From positions 1 to 27,011 of the forward strand of contig MHJB01000011.1 of assembly GCA_001817805.1 (NCBI GenBank): a stretch of DNA of 27,011 nucleotides, given 5' to 3'. Below, piece after piece: positions 9,530-19,950 of the stretch; position 1 is the stretch's first letter, and each line of letters begins with the position of its first letter. The position numbers and the translations under genes were made by a program. Below the pieces are notes generated by a model that saw only the letters and a program-made list of their open reading frames with translations, was not told the DNA's origin and searched no databases. The stretch comes from Candidatus Colwellbacteria bacterium RIFCSPLOWO2_12_FULL_43_11 (GTDB lineage Bacteria > Patescibacteriota > Minisyncoccia > UBA6257 > Colwellbacteraceae).

Positions 9530-9910
9530 ATGAAAGTAATTCTAAAAACAATTGCAGAAAAAGCCTTCTATAGCGAAGGAAGTAGAAACTTAAATATAAT
9601 AGGGATTTTTGAGAATGTGTTAGCCAGTAACTTCCCAGCTACGCATCCCATGATGTCTATTGTTTTCACTATTGAAGCCGAACCGGGGAATTACACTGGT
9701 TTTGTCGATATAACAGACAAGGATGGCAAAAAAATCGTTGATACTAGCTCAAAGCCACAAATTTTGAATATAGGCATTAATGGAAGAAGTAATTTAATTG
9801 TAAATGTAGTAGGAGCAACATTCCCACATAAAGGAGTATATTCTGCCAATTTACGTATAGGCAATTTAGTTGAGAGTATTACTTTCAACGTCATGCCTCC
9901 TAACGAATAA
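9530..9910 (+). CDS. hypothetical beta-rich protein (resembles DUF6941 family)
   Basis: 126-aa ORF with pattern LNIIGIF..V.A..FPATHP...FP..G.Y. Family resemblance is from recall, not a search. Confidence 0.65.
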   Translation: MKVILKTIAEKAFYSEGSRNLNIIGIFENVLASNFPATHPMMSIVFTIEAEPGNYTGFVDITDKDGKKIVDTSSKPQILNIGINGRSNLIVNVVGATFPHKGVYSANLRIGNLVESITFNVMPPNE

Positions 9911-10795
9911 CTTTACCAAGCTTTTAGCTTTTTCTGGAGAATTTATCCAAATAGTATTTTTATCTCTCCTGAACCAAGTCATTTGGCGCTTAGCATAGTG
10001 CCAGTTCTCTTTTTCTATTGTTGATATCGCATCCTCTTTAGTCACCAGTCCTCTTAAATACCGGCTTATATAACGATATTCCAGACCGAAGTTGTCCAGT
10101 TTATTCCAACTCAAACCTTGTCGGTGGAGCTTTTCAACTTCTTTTATCAGGCCCTCTTTAAGGCGTTTTCCCAGTCGTATCTTTATTTTCTCTTTAAGAA
10201 CTTTATCTTGAACCTTAATGCCGATTTTTAAAAATTCATATAGCGATTCTTTTTTGTTGAATAATTCCGTTTTAGGAACCGGCGCGCCCGTGGTAATAAC
10301 AATTTCCAAGGCTCTCACAAGGCGAACTTTATTATGACGGTCAATATTTTTAGCCCTCTCCGGGTCTAAGCCGGAAAGCATTTTAAATAACTCTATTCCG
10401 GATTTTCTATTTAATCTATCTCTTAAAGATTTATTAGCCGCAACTTTGGGCATATGCCAATCGTAAAGAAGGGAGTCAATATAAAACCCCGTTCCACCAC
10501 AGATAATGGGCAGCCTTTTTCTTTTTAGAATATCCGCAATCGCTTTCTCAGCAAGTTTCTTGTATTTAACAACGGTAAATGTTGATTTGGGGGAAGCGAC
10601 ACCGAGCAAATGATGCCTCACTCCTTTCATCTCTTTCCTGGTAATCTTCCCACTGCCGATATCCATACCTTTATAAACTTGTCTGGAATCTGCCGAAACT
10701 ACTTCGCCTCTGAATCGCTTTGCAACCAAAACTGCCAAGTCGCTTTTGCCGCTTGAAGTAGGGCCTACAATAACAACTATTTTATTCCGCTTCAC
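9866..10795 (-). CDS. miaA: tRNA dimethylallyltransferase
   Basis: VGPTSSGKS, VSADSRQVYKGMDIGSGK, GGTGFY, YAKRQMTWF; GTG start overlaps the thrS stop. Confidence 0.97.
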   Translation of the reverse strand: MKRNKIVVIVGPTSSGKSDLAVLVAKRFRGEVVSADSRQVYKGMDIGSGKITRKEMKGVRHHLLGVASPKSTFTVVKYKKLAEKAIADILKRKRLPIICGGTGFYIDSLLYDWHMPKVAANKSLRDRLNRKSGIELFKMLSGLDPERAKNIDRHNKVRLVRALEIVITTGAPVPKTELFNKKESLYEFLKIGIKVQDKVLKEKIKIRLGKRLKEGLIKEVEKLHRQGLSWNKLDNFGLEYRYISRYLRGLVTKEDAISTIEKENWHYAKRQMTWFRRDKNTIWINSPEKAKSLVKLFVRRHDVESNTLN

Positions 10796-12579
10796 TAAGG
10801 GAGAAACTTATTGGTCTCTTGTTTTATGTTTTCTATAAAATCGGCGATAGTGTGCTCGCCTCCGCTACCTTGTCCGCGTATTCTTAAGCTTAGTGTGCCT
10901 TTCTTGATTTCTTCGTCACCCACAACTGCGATATAGGGGATTCTTTGCATTTCCGCTTCCCGGATTCTTTTGCCCAATGTTTCGTTGCTTGGGGATACTT
11001 CGGAACGTATGCCAGAGTTAATAAGTTTTCTGTTCAGTTCTTCGGCGTAATCGGCGTGCTTATCGCTAACCGCCAGAATTTTAACTTGTACCGGAGCAAG
11101 CCACAAAGGCAAGTTACCCGATGTCTTTTCTATAAGAAATGCGAAGAAGCGGTCGAAAGAACCAAGGATAGCGCGATGCACAATTATCACGGGTTTTTCT
11201 TTATTCTCTTTATCGATATAAGTCAGGTTAAATTTTGCGGCTGAATAGTAATCAACCTGAACCGTGGCAATGCTGTCTTCTTTGCCGTAAATATCTTTTA
11301 TCTGAATATCGATTTTCGGTCCGTAGAATGTCGCTTCTCCTGGCGCTTCCACAAATTTATGCCCGGTTTCTTTCAGGGCTTTCTTTAATACTGCCGAGCC
11401 CTTATCCCACATTGCCTTATTCTTAACGTCGCCGAATTTTTCTTTATTCTTGAAATCGGGGAGCGAGAGCCTGTACCAGTAATCCGATATTCCCATATCC
11501 TCATAAACCTTTTTATGAAGATTTAACACGCCAACTATTTCACTTTCCAATCTTTCTTCATCGGTATAAATGTGAGCATCGTTTTGGGTGAATGCCCGGA
11601 CTCTGATTAAGCCGGTTAAAGTTCCGGAACGTTCATAGCGGTAAACAGTGCCAAATTCGGCGATTCTCAAAGGTAGTTCGCGGTAACTCCGTTTGGAATA
11701 CTTATAAATACTATGATGATGGGGACAGTTCATTGGTTTCAGATAGTATTTAACACCCTCAATCTCAATTGGGGCGTACATATCGTCTTTATAGTGAGCC
11801 AAGTGCCCGGAGGTCTTATAAAGGTCTTCTTTGGCCAAGTGCGGCGTGAGAACATGTTTGTAGCCGGCCCGCCTCTCTAATTCGTACATATAGTCTTCCA
11901 GAACTTTTCTGGTGGTATAGGCATTAGGCAGCCACAGGGGGAGTCCGCGGCCGATATTCTCATCCACCATAAACAGCTGGAGCTTATCGGCCAGGTTTCT
12001 GTGGTCGCTAGTTTCCGCTTTAGCGAGCATCTCGGCGTAATCTTTTAGTTCTTTCTCGGTTTCAAAGGCCAGCCCGTATATTCTCTGGAGTTGCTCGTTT
12101 TTCTCGTCGCCTCTCCAGTAGGCGCCGGCAATTTTATTTAACTTGAAACTATCGGCGTTTATTTCGGAAGTATTTTTAACGTGTCCGCCGCGGCACAAGT
12201 CTAAAAAATAAACTTCCCCGGTTTTTTTGTCATACGTTTTATAAACAGTGAGAGATTTTTTCTCTTTAACGAATTCTTTTATCAAATCCAGTTTGAAGGG
12301 CTGGTCCTTAAATATTTTTTTGGCTTCTCCGGGAGTAACTTTTTTGCCGGAGAATTCCAGCTTGGCCTTGGCCAAACTCTTCATAGTTGTCTCCAATTCT
12401 TTTAAATCATCGGGAGTCAAGCTTTTGGGAAGCAGGAAGTCGTAATAGAACCCGTTTTCTATGGTGGGGCCTATGCCTAATTTGGCCTTAGGGAACTTTT
12501 TTATAACTGCCGCAGCTAATAGATGCGCCAGTGAGTGGCGTATGCCTTCTAGAGGGCTAATTTTTTGGCTTCGTTGCAT
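10795..12579 (-). CDS. thrS: threonyl-tRNA synthetase lacking the N-terminal TGS domain
   Basis: RHSLAHLL, DLCRGGH, GAYWRGD, KPMNCP, YRYERSG, RVRAFTQND, FYGPKID, HRAILGS. Confidence 0.97.
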   Translation of the reverse strand: MQRSQKISPLEGIRHSLAHLLAAAVIKKFPKAKLGIGPTIENGFYYDFLLPKSLTPDDLKELETTMKSLAKAKLEFSGKKVTPGEAKKIFKDQPFKLDLIKEFVKEKKSLTVYKTYDKKTGEVYFLDLCRGGHVKNTSEINADSFKLNKIAGAYWRGDEKNEQLQRIYGLAFETEKELKDYAEMLAKAETSDHRNLADKLQLFMVDENIGRGLPLWLPNAYTTRKVLEDYMYELERRAGYKHVLTPHLAKEDLYKTSGHLAHYKDDMYAPIEIEGVKYYLKPMNCPHHHSIYKYSKRSYRELPLRIAEFGTVYRYERSGTLTGLIRVRAFTQNDAHIYTDEERLESEIVGVLNLHKKVYEDMGISDYWYRLSLPDFKNKEKFGDVKNKAMWDKGSAVLKKALKETGHKFVEAPGEATFYGPKIDIQIKDIYGKEDSIATVQVDYYSAAKFNLTYIDKENKEKPVIIVHRAILGSFDRFFAFLIEKTSGNLPLWLAPVQVKILAVSDKHADYAEELNRKLINSGIRSEVSPSNETLGKRIREAEMQRIPYIAVVGDEEIKKGTLSLRIRGQGSGGEHTIADFIENIKQETNKFLP

Positions 12580-15500
12580 ATAATCTTGGCCTCGCCGTTC
12601 TTGCTCGAGATGCGTCCGGTAACTTGCACCGCGTTGCCTTCCTGCCAGACGCTTTCATCTTTTTCCAAAACATCACTGAAGACGAGAACTTCTATATTAT
12701 CGTTTAAATCCTCGATTTTCGCAAAAACCATGGGGCTGCCTTTTTTCGTGGCCATGCGTTGAATTTTAACTATAAGCCCACAGGTGGTTATGTTTTTGCC
12801 TTCATTATTCGGGTCGTGAGCCAGCTTTATCAGAGGCAACTTTCTAACGCTCTTTTCATTCTTTTCAAAAAAATCTTTCAAGGGGTGTTCGGTGATATAA
12901 AGGCCCAGCAATTCTTTCTCCCAGGACAACCTCTCCATTTTTGAAGCGGGCTCAGTCTCGCGCAGTTTTATTTCAATCGGTCCTAAGGCTCCAAAAAGGT
13001 TTGATTGGGAACTCTCGTTCTGTCTCTTGATGCCGTTACCGATTTTTAATATATCATCCAGGCTTTTCAGAGCCGCCATTCTTTCTATGCCCAAGGAATC
13101 TGCCGCGCCACTTTTAATCAGGGCCTCCAAAGATTTTTTATTAAGGTCACGGTCTTTAATCCTGCCCACGAAGTCGGATATATTCTGATATGGTCCGCCT
13201 CTCATCCTTTCGTTTACCAGGACCTCGGTAATATGAGCCCCGATGTTTTTAATAGCCAAAATTCCAAATCTAACGTTTTGTTCTTCCGGCACGAATTCAC
13301 CGACACTTTTATTAACATCCGGTGGCAGCACTTCTATGTTCATTTTCTTGGCCTCATTCACCAAGAAAGAAATACGCTCCACATCCCCCTGGGCATTGTT
13401 TAAAAGCGCGGTCATAAACTCCACCGGATATTTACTCTTTAAGTAGGCAGTCTGATAACCAATTAAGGCATAACAGACCGCGTGTGAACGGTTAAAGCCG
13501 TATCTGGCAAATGGTGGAAAAAGTTCCCAAATAGCTTCCGCCGTCTTATTTTGGATGCCATTTTTAATCATGCCGCTTATGACTTTCTCTTTCTGAGCGT
13601 CCAGTAAGGACTTAATCTTTTTACCTATGGCTCTGCGCATGGTATCGGCCTCTGCCAAACTAAAGCCGGCAAGTTCTCTCGTTATACTCATCATTTGCTC
13701 TTGATAAACGCCTACGCCATAAGTGGTCTTTAATATCGATTCAAGTTTAGGGTGAAGATAGGTGACTTTTTCTTTGCCGAACTTTCTGTTTATAAAAGAG
13801 GGGATAAGTTCCATGGGCCCGGGCCTAAAGAGGGCAACCAAGGCAATAAGATCTTCCAGTTCGGTTGGTTTCAAATCTTTCATATATCTCCTCATGCCGG
13901 CTGATTCAAACTGGAAGACTCCCGTGGTGTCCGCCGCCTGGAGCATCTTAAAAGTTCCCTCATCATCCAATGGAATGTCGGCTATCTTTATTTCTATATC
14001 TCTTGTTTCTCTGATTAGTCTCAAGGTTTCTTCAATAATAGTTAGGTTGCGTAAACCCAAGAGGTCTATTTTTAAAAGTCCCAGGTCTTCCACGCTATGC
14101 ATCTCAAGTTGTGTGATAACCGCGGTCTCGTCCTGTGGCGATCTTTGGAGCGCCATGTATTCAACGAGTGGCTCTGGGGAGATAACAACGCCGCAAGCAT
14201 GGACTGAAGCGTGCCTTACCACTCCTTCCAGTTTTATGGCTGTGTCCAGTAATCTTTTGGCATCAGGATTGCTCTCGTATTTTTTCTTTAAATCTTCAAC
14301 CTCCTCAATGTCGGTTGGTAAGTTGGCTCCCTTGTCGGTTGAGACATGAAAAGGAATGAGCTTGGCGATTTCATCGCAGAAAGGATAGGACAATCCCATA
14401 GCGCGGCCGGCGTCTCTCACCGCGGCTCTCGCGGCCATAGTTCCAAAGGTTATTATTTGGGCCACCCTATCTTCGCCGTAAGTGTCTTTGATATAACCCA
14501 AGACCTCATCTCTTCTGTGGTCGGCAAAGTCGATATCAATATCAGGCATAGAGATTCTCTCGGGGTTTAGGAACCTCTCAAAAAGCAGGTTATAAGCGAT
14601 AGGGTCGACATCGGTTATGCCCAGAACATAGGAAATAAGACTTCCGGCAGCCGAACCTCTGCCGGGGCCTACTACTATCCCGTGATTTTTGGCCCAGTTA
14701 ACAAAATCTTGAACGATTAAAAAGTAATTGGCAAAGCCGGTTTTTTCTATTACTCCCAATTCGTATTCGACCCTTTCTCTCACTTCTTTACTCGGGTTTT
14801 CGTATCTTTTGGTTAACCTCTCTTCGATTAATTTTTTAAGATAAATATTCGAGTTAGTGCCATCGGGCGCCTCGTATCTGGGTAGAAGCGTCTGATTCAA
14901 TTTAAATTCGAAATTACACTTTTCGGCTATCTCCAAAGTACTCGCTATCGCTTCCGGCAGATGTTTAAAATCATTTATCATATCTTCCGGACTTTTTAGC
15001 GAAGCATCAAAGTCATGGAAGGTAAATCTGTCTTCATCGTCCAGTCGGCCGTTCGTTTGCACCGCCAAAAGAACTTCGTGTGTCGGTTTGTCCTCGGGCA
15101 AAATATAATGCGAATCTTGCGTTGCCACGAGTTTAATATTCAGCTTCTTGGCTAGGTTAATTAATTTTTCGTGTAATTCCGGCGAATGAGGTTGAATTTC
15201 TATGTAATAGTCATCGGCAAATAGATTTTTGTAGTAAAGTGCCGCAGCTTCCGCCTCGACAGTGTGTCCATCTCTTAAAAGTTTGGATATCTCTCCGGAG
15301 AAACATCCGGAAAGGCAAACAAGCCCTTCTTTGTGCTTTTCCAATAGTTCTTTATCTATTCTCGGCTTATAGTAAAAGCCCTCAAGGTGCGATGCCGTTA
15401 CCAGATGATTCAGGTTTTTATAGCCAATTTCATTTTTAGCCAGAAGTATTAAGTGATATCTCGTATTATCTACCTTTGGCGTTTTGGAAAGCCTAGAACC

Positions 15501-15716
15501 CTTAGCCACATAAGTTTCTACTCCGATAATTGATTTTATCCCCGCATCTTTGGCTTTCTTATAGAACTCAACGGCCCCGTACATGTTACCGTGGTCAGTT
15601 AAAGCCAGGGTATCCATCCCGAGCTCCTTGGTTTTATTAACCAGGGCATCGATTTTAGAAAGGCCATCAAGGAGAGAGTAGTGGCTGTGGGTATGGAGAT
15701 GAACAAATTTAGGCAT
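12549..15716 (-). CDS. dnaE: DNA polymerase III alpha subunit
   Basis: PHP domain HLHTHSHYSLLDG, GRGSAAGS, PDIDIDF, KIDLLGL, FNRSHA and C-terminal OB fold; start at ATG 15716 (MPKFVHLH). Confidence 0.97.
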   Translation of the reverse strand: MPKFVHLHTHSHYSLLDGLSKIDALVNKTKELGMDTLALTDHGNMYGAVEFYKKAKDAGIKSIIGVETYVAKGSRLSKTPKVDNTRYHLILLAKNEIGYKNLNHLVTASHLEGFYYKPRIDKELLEKHKEGLVCLSGCFSGEISKLLRDGHTVEAEAAALYYKNLFADDYYIEIQPHSPELHEKLINLAKKLNIKLVATQDSHYILPEDKPTHEVLLAVQTNGRLDDEDRFTFHDFDASLKSPEDMINDFKHLPEAIASTLEIAEKCNFEFKLNQTLLPRYEAPDGTNSNIYLKKLIEERLTKRYENPSKEVRERVEYELGVIEKTGFANYFLIVQDFVNWAKNHGIVVGPGRGSAAGSLISYVLGITDVDPIAYNLLFERFLNPERISMPDIDIDFADHRRDEVLGYIKDTYGEDRVAQIITFGTMAARAAVRDAGRAMGLSYPFCDEIAKLIPFHVSTDKGANLPTDIEEVEDLKKKYESNPDAKRLLDTAIKLEGVVRHASVHACGVVISPEPLVEYMALQRSPQDETAVITQLEMHSVEDLGLLKIDLLGLRNLTIIEETLRLIRETRDIEIKIADIPLDDEGTFKMLQAADTTGVFQFESAGMRRYMKDLKPTELEDLIALVALFRPGPMELIPSFINRKFGKEKVTYLHPKLESILKTTYGVGVYQEQMMSITRELAGFSLAEADTMRRAIGKKIKSLLDAQKEKVISGMIKNGIQNKTAEAIWELFPPFARYGFNRSHAVCYALIGYQTAYLKSKYPVEFMTALLNNAQGDVERISFLVNEAKKMNIEVLPPDVNKSVGEFVPEEQNVRFGILAIKNIGAHITEVLVNERMRGGPYQNISDFVGRIKDRDLNKKSLEALIKSGAADSLGIERMAALKSLDDILKIGNGIKRQNESSQSNLFGALGPIEIKLRETEPASKMERLSWEKELLGLYITEHPLKDFFEKNEKSVRKLPLIKLAHDPNNEGKNITTCGLIVKIQRMATKKGSPMVFAKIEDLNDNIEVLVFSDVLEKDESVWQEGNAVQVTGRISSKNGEAKIICNEAKKLAL

Positions 15717-15786
15717 GAATCTGAGGACATTATAAGACAAACCTTTTGGATTGAAAACAAAAATTAGAAAATCATATACTTACCTC

Positions 15787-16374
15787 ATGTATTTAATAGG
15801 CGTTGACGAAGTAGGCAGGGGTGCTCTAGCCGGTCCGGTTGTGGTTGGGGCCGTCGCTGTAGTTACCGGTAAGAGGTTTTCTGATTTGAGAGATTCCAAA
15901 AAATTGACTCCGGGGGCGCGAAAAGGCTGGTTGGCTTATATTAAAAATAGGCCAGAAATTATCTACGCCGTAGGCCGTGTTTATCCCAAGAAGATTGATA
16001 AGGTTAATATTTCCAAAGCTGCTAACTTGGCCGCGACTCATGCCTGCCTCCGCTTATTTACTCGTTTGGGCAGAGGCGAAGAATTTAAAGTTTATTTAGA
16101 CGGAGGTTTATATTTAGACGAGAGACTAATCATTAGCCGAGGATTTATTTGTAAGACCAAGACTATTATAAAAGGAGACGAAAAGGTGAACGCGATTAAA
16201 CTGGCTTCAATCGTTGCCAAGGTTACTCGCGATAGATACATGGTTAAGCTAAGTAACACTTACCCTAAATACGGTTTTGCTCTCCATAAAGGTTATGGCA
16301 CTTCCCATCACCTTAAGGCCATAAAAAAGCACGGGTCTTCCGTGGTCCATAGGCGCAGTTTTAAAATTAAATAA
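15787..16374 (+). CDS. rnhB: ribonuclease HII
   Basis: IGVDEVGRGALAGPV, DSKKL, KGD, ASIVAKVTRD, HKGYGT. Confidence 0.95.
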   Translation: MYLIGVDEVGRGALAGPVVVGAVAVVTGKRFSDLRDSKKLTPGARKGWLAYIKNRPEIIYAVGRVYPKKIDKVNISKAANLAATHACLRLFTRLGRGEEFKVYLDGGLYLDERLIISRGFICKTKTIIKGDEKVNAIKLASIVAKVTRDRYMVKLSNTYPKYGFALHKGYGTSHHLKAIKKHGSSVVHRRSFKIK

Positions 16375-16437
16375 TTCTTGGGTTATTTTGAGAAGGCTTT
16401 GACTCTTTGGTGAAAGAAATATATATTATTAAGAAAT

Positions 16438-16605
16438 ATGGGTGGCGTACCGGTAAAACATCATAGTAAATCAAAAGTCGGCAGGCGGCGCAGTCATTTG
16501 GCCAGGAAGCCTATTAAACTTGCTGCTTGTCCGGAATGCAAATCTCCGATTTTGCCTCACAGGGCTTGTAAGAACTGTGGTTATTATCCGTCAAAGTCAA
16601 AATAA
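16438..16605 (+). CDS. rpmF: 50S ribosomal protein L32 (zinc-ribbon form)
   Basis: Manual translation MGGVPVKHHSKSKVGRRRSH...CPECK...PHRACKNCGYY, 55 aa; below the ORF-track cutoff. Confidence 0.95.
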   Translation: MGGVPVKHHSKSKVGRRRSHLARKPIKLAACPECKSPILPHRACKNCGYYPSKSK

Positions 16606-16608
16606 AGA

Positions 16609-17091
16609 ATGGCAGCTAGGCAACTAGGCAGAGCCGTAGTGCTCCAATCTTTGTACGAGTGGGATTTTTATAATCGCGCCGTAAGCCTTAAAGAATCCCT
16701 GGAAAGAAACCTGGAAGAGTTTGCTCCGGGGTTTAATGAAAAGAAATTCGCAATGGACTTGGCTCACGGCGTTGAAACTAAAGTTGATGAGCTCGATGCC
16801 ATTATCACTAAATCCGCTCCCGAGTGGCCGGTAGCCCAGTTGCCCATTGTAGATAGGAACGTTTTGCGCATGGGTTTATACGAGCTTATTTTTGGCAATC
16901 GTGCGGAAGTGCCTCCAAGAGTGGCCATTAACGAAGCCATAGAATTGGCCAAAACTTATGGCGGACAGAATTCAGGCAAATTTATAAACGGTGTTTTAGG
17001 GACAATTTACCGTGAGATAGGCGAACCAGACCAAGACCCGGAGAGACACGGTAAAAAAGAAAAAGATGGACCTAAAAAAACTTCAAAGTAG
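16609..17091 (+). CDS. nusB: transcription antitermination factor NusB
   Basis: [35 protein letters not shown]. Confidence 0.96.
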   Translation: MAARQLGRAVVLQSLYEWDFYNRAVSLKESLERNLEEFAPGFNEKKFAMDLAHGVETKVDELDAIITKSAPEWPVAQLPIVDRNVLRMGLYELIFGNRAEVPPRVAINEAIELAKTYGGQNSGKFINGVLGTIYREIGEPDQDPERHGKKEKDGPKKTSK

Positions 17092-17764
17092 AATTAACCT
17101 TCAGTTTGAGTCGGAAGACTTGCTTAAAGAAGCTTTAACCCACCGTTCTTATGTTAACGAGAACCCAAGCTGGCCTTTTAAAAATAATGAGCGGTTGGAA
17201 TTCTTGGGAGATGCCGTTTTAGAGCTTGTTATAACAGAAGAGCTCTTCAAGCACCTGCCCAAAAAAGAGGAAGGTGAGCTCACTATGCATAGAGCGGCCT
17301 TAGTTAACGCCAAGATGTTGGGGAAAATTGCTAGAAACATTGGCCTCGATGAAGAAGTTTTAGTTTCAAAAGGGGAAACCAAAGAAATATTAAATGGCAA
17401 CGGCGAAACCATTTTAGCCGATGGAATAGAAGCCTTAATAGGAGCTCTGTATTTGGATGGAGGCTATGATGCAGCTCAGAAATTTATCAGGACATTTATC
17501 TTACAGGAACTGGATTCGGTTATTAAGGCCGGCGTTAAGGACGCCAAAAGCTTGATTCAGGAAATGGTTCAGAGTGAACATGGATTTACTCCTACTTATA
17601 GAGTGATTGAAGAGTCCGGTCCGGCTCATCAAAAGGTTTTCAAAGTCGGTCTATACGTTGGTGAAGAATTAAGGTCCAGCGGCACGGGGAATTCCAAACA
17701 AAACGCCGAATTGGTTGCTGCCGAGAAATTAGTCAGTAAACTTAAAGCAAAGAGTATAATTTAA
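17066..17764 (+). CDS. rnc: ribonuclease III
   Basis: [30 protein letters not shown], dsRBD with GPAH. Confidence 0.97.
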   Translation: MDLKKLQSRINLQFESEDLLKEALTHRSYVNENPSWPFKNNERLEFLGDAVLELVITEELFKHLPKKEEGELTMHRAALVNAKMLGKIARNIGLDEEVLVSKGETKEILNGNGETILADGIEALIGALYLDGGYDAAQKFIRTFILQELDSVIKAGVKDAKSLIQEMVQSEHGFTPTYRVIEESGPAHQKVFKVGLYVGEELRSSGTGNSKQNAELVAAEKLVSKLKAKSII

Positions 17765-17775
17765 TTATCTGAACT

Positions 17776-19893
17776 ATGTTTTTAAGAAAACTTGAACTTC
17801 AGGGCTTTAAGTCTTTTGCCGATAAAATAAGCCTTGATTTAAGCCATGGTATTACGGCTGTTGTCGGTCCTAATGGTTCCGGCAAATCCAATATTACCGA
17901 TGCTTTAAGGTGGCTTTTGGGTGAAAGGGAAGCCAGGAACTTGAGAGGCGGCAAGGTGGAAGATTTGATTTTCGCCGGTACCAAAGACAGGCCGCGTATG
18001 GGCATGGCCCAAGCTTCGATGTATTTTGATAATTCTTCGGGCTTTTTTCCGGTTGATTATAAAGAAGTTTCCGTCTCGCGTCGTTTGTCGAGAGACGGTG
18101 AGTCGGAAATACTTTTAAACAAATCGGAAATACGTCTTAAAGACGTTATCGATTTTTTTGCCAAGTCCAGAATGGGAGCGAGGGGACTCTCTATTGTGAG
18201 CCAGGGAGAGAGCGATATTTTTATCAATTCTACCCCCTTGGAAAGGCGTGAAATGATTGAAGAAATTCTTGGTCTTAAAGAATATCAAATAAAAAAAGCG
18301 GAAGCTGTGAGAAGGCTCAAAAACACCGGTTTTAATTTGGAGAAAGCCAACGCCTTAATTGGTGAGCTCGCTCCTCACTTAAGGATGCTTAAGAAGCAAG
18401 TTTCCAGATACGAAGGTAGGGAGGAAATTGCCGGCGAATTGAATGAATTGGAAAACCGCTACTATGGAAGTCGTCTTAAGAAAATAAAAGATGCTTTATT
18501 GAAACTGCAACCCGCCCTAAAAGACGCTGAAAAAGAATTAAGCAAGCAGGAAGTGGTAACCAAAAAACTGGAAGCGGAAATAACCGATGTTAGAAACTCC
18601 GGACCGGAGACGGACGAAAAAATTAAAGTTATCCAAGAAAAGAGGAAAAATTCACTTGACCGTAAGTTTAATTTTCAAAAAGACCTGAATAGATTGGAAA
18701 CTAGGCTTGAGCTTACCCAAAACTTACCCGATGTAAAAGAAGTCAATCTTTTGGCCGCCTTAAAGGATGTAAGAAATTTAGCTTATGCTTCGGTTGAAGA
18801 GGGAACCCTGGAAAGACTCAAGGACACTGTTTCTAAAATAGTGAGTTTGATAGACAACCTATTTTCTAAAGGCAATGACGCTTCGGGAGAGCTCAAAAAA
18901 TCCATGGCAAAACTTGAAGCAGATATAAAACAAACCGATAAAGAACTTAAAGACCTTGATATTGCCGAGGCCGATTCAACTAAGCACATCCGACAGTTTA
19001 ATGAGAAGTTTAAAGAAATCTTTATCGCTTTTGAATCCGAGAGAAATAAGCTGATTAAGTTAAAGGACGAGAAAAATTCTTTGGTTTTTGAAAGCGAAAA
19101 ACTAGACATCAAATTAAAAGACTTATCGGTCCAAATCCTGGAAATTGGAAGAAAGGCATCCGATTTTGATGTTTGGTCCGGAGTACCCCTGGAAGACGAA
19201 GAGGTCGCGGTCAGAAGAATGTTTAGGTTAAGGGGAGAACTCTCGGCTATCGGTGAGATAGACCAGAATACTATTAAGGATTATAAAGAAACGGAAGAAA
19301 GGCATACATTTCTTGTGGATCAAGTTAGTGATTTGGAGAAAGCAGTTACTGACCTAAATAAGTTGATTGAGGACCTGGATTATAAGATACGACATGAATT
19401 TAATTCCGCCATAAGCCACATTAGTGAGGAGTTTAATAAATATATCAACGCTCTCTTCGGTGGTGGCAAGGCTAAACTCACCGTCGAAGAAGAAAAAGAT
19501 GAGAGGGTATTAGATGTGGAGGTGGAAGGTCTAGAAGTCCAAGCTAACGAAAAAGTGGAGAGCGGAGTTTATATTGATGTAAGCTTCCCTAGGAAAAGAT
19601 TAAAAGGCCTGGAAGTTTTGTCCGGTGGAGAGAAAGCCCTGGTTTCCATCGCGGCTCTATTCGCTTTAATTTCGGTTTCTCCACCACCGTTTCTGGTCTT
19701 GGACGAGATAGATGCCCCGCTTGATGAAATAAATGCCAGGCGTTTCGGCGAACTGCTTAAAAATTTCTCCAAGAAAACACAGTTTCTTATAGTCACTCAT
19801 AATCGGGCAACCATGGAGGCGGCTGATGTCTTGTACGGCGTCACTATGTCTGCCGATGGAACTTCCCAGGTTTTATCCATAAAGCTGAATTAA
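17776..19893 (+). CDS. smc: SMC chromosome segregation ATPase, short form (705 aa) with no recognisable hinge
   Basis: GFKSFA, GPNGSGKSN, LRGGKVEDLIFAG, LSGGEK, LDEIDAPLD, VTHN; rnc-smc synteny. Confidence 0.88.
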   Translation: MFLRKLELQGFKSFADKISLDLSHGITAVVGPNGSGKSNITDALRWLLGEREARNLRGGKVEDLIFAGTKDRPRMGMAQASMYFDNSSGFFPVDYKEVSVSRRLSRDGESEILLNKSEIRLKDVIDFFAKSRMGARGLSIVSQGESDIFINSTPLERREMIEEILGLKEYQIKKAEAVRRLKNTGFNLEKANALIGELAPHLRMLKKQVSRYEGREEIAGELNELENRYYGSRLKKIKDALLKLQPALKDAEKELSKQEVVTKKLEAEITDVRNSGPETDEKIKVIQEKRKNSLDRKFNFQKDLNRLETRLELTQNLPDVKEVNLLAALKDVRNLAYASVEEGTLERLKDTVSKIVSLIDNLFSKGNDASGELKKSMAKLEADIKQTDKELKDLDIAEADSTKHIRQFNEKFKEIFIAFESERNKLIKLKDEKNSLVFESEKLDIKLKDLSVQILEIGRKASDFDVWSGVPLEDEEVAVRRMFRLRGELSAIGEIDQNTIKDYKETEERHTFLVDQVSDLEKAVTDLNKLIEDLDYKIRHEFNSAISHISEEFNKYINALFGGGKAKLTVEEEKDERVLDVEVEGLEVQANEKVESGVYIDVSFPRKRLKGLEVLSGGEKALVSIAALFALISVSPPPFLVLDEIDAPLDEINARRFGELLKNFSKKTQFLIVTHNRATMEAADVLYGVTMSADGTSQVLSIKLN

Positions 19894-19905
19894 TTTTGAA
19901 AAATG

Positions 19906-19937
19906 AAACACCCCTGGCTTTATTACCAAGGGTGTTT
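19906..19937. terminator. likely bidirectional intrinsic terminator between convergent genes
   Basis: AAACACCCCTGG-CTTTATTA-CCAAGGGTGTTT hairpin between the smc stop and the stop of the minus-strand ORF. Confidence 0.65.
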
Positions 19938-19950
19938 GCTTTAACGGCTT

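Noticed and set aside
10795-12579. ThrS without TGS domain as a novelty
   Set aside because: N-terminally shortened ThrRS retaining the editing domain is a known architecture; recorded only as a feature.
12549-15716. Intein in dnaE or gyrB
   Set aside because: Lengths are ordinary, conserved motifs are contiguous, and there are no splice-junction or LAGLIDADG motifs.
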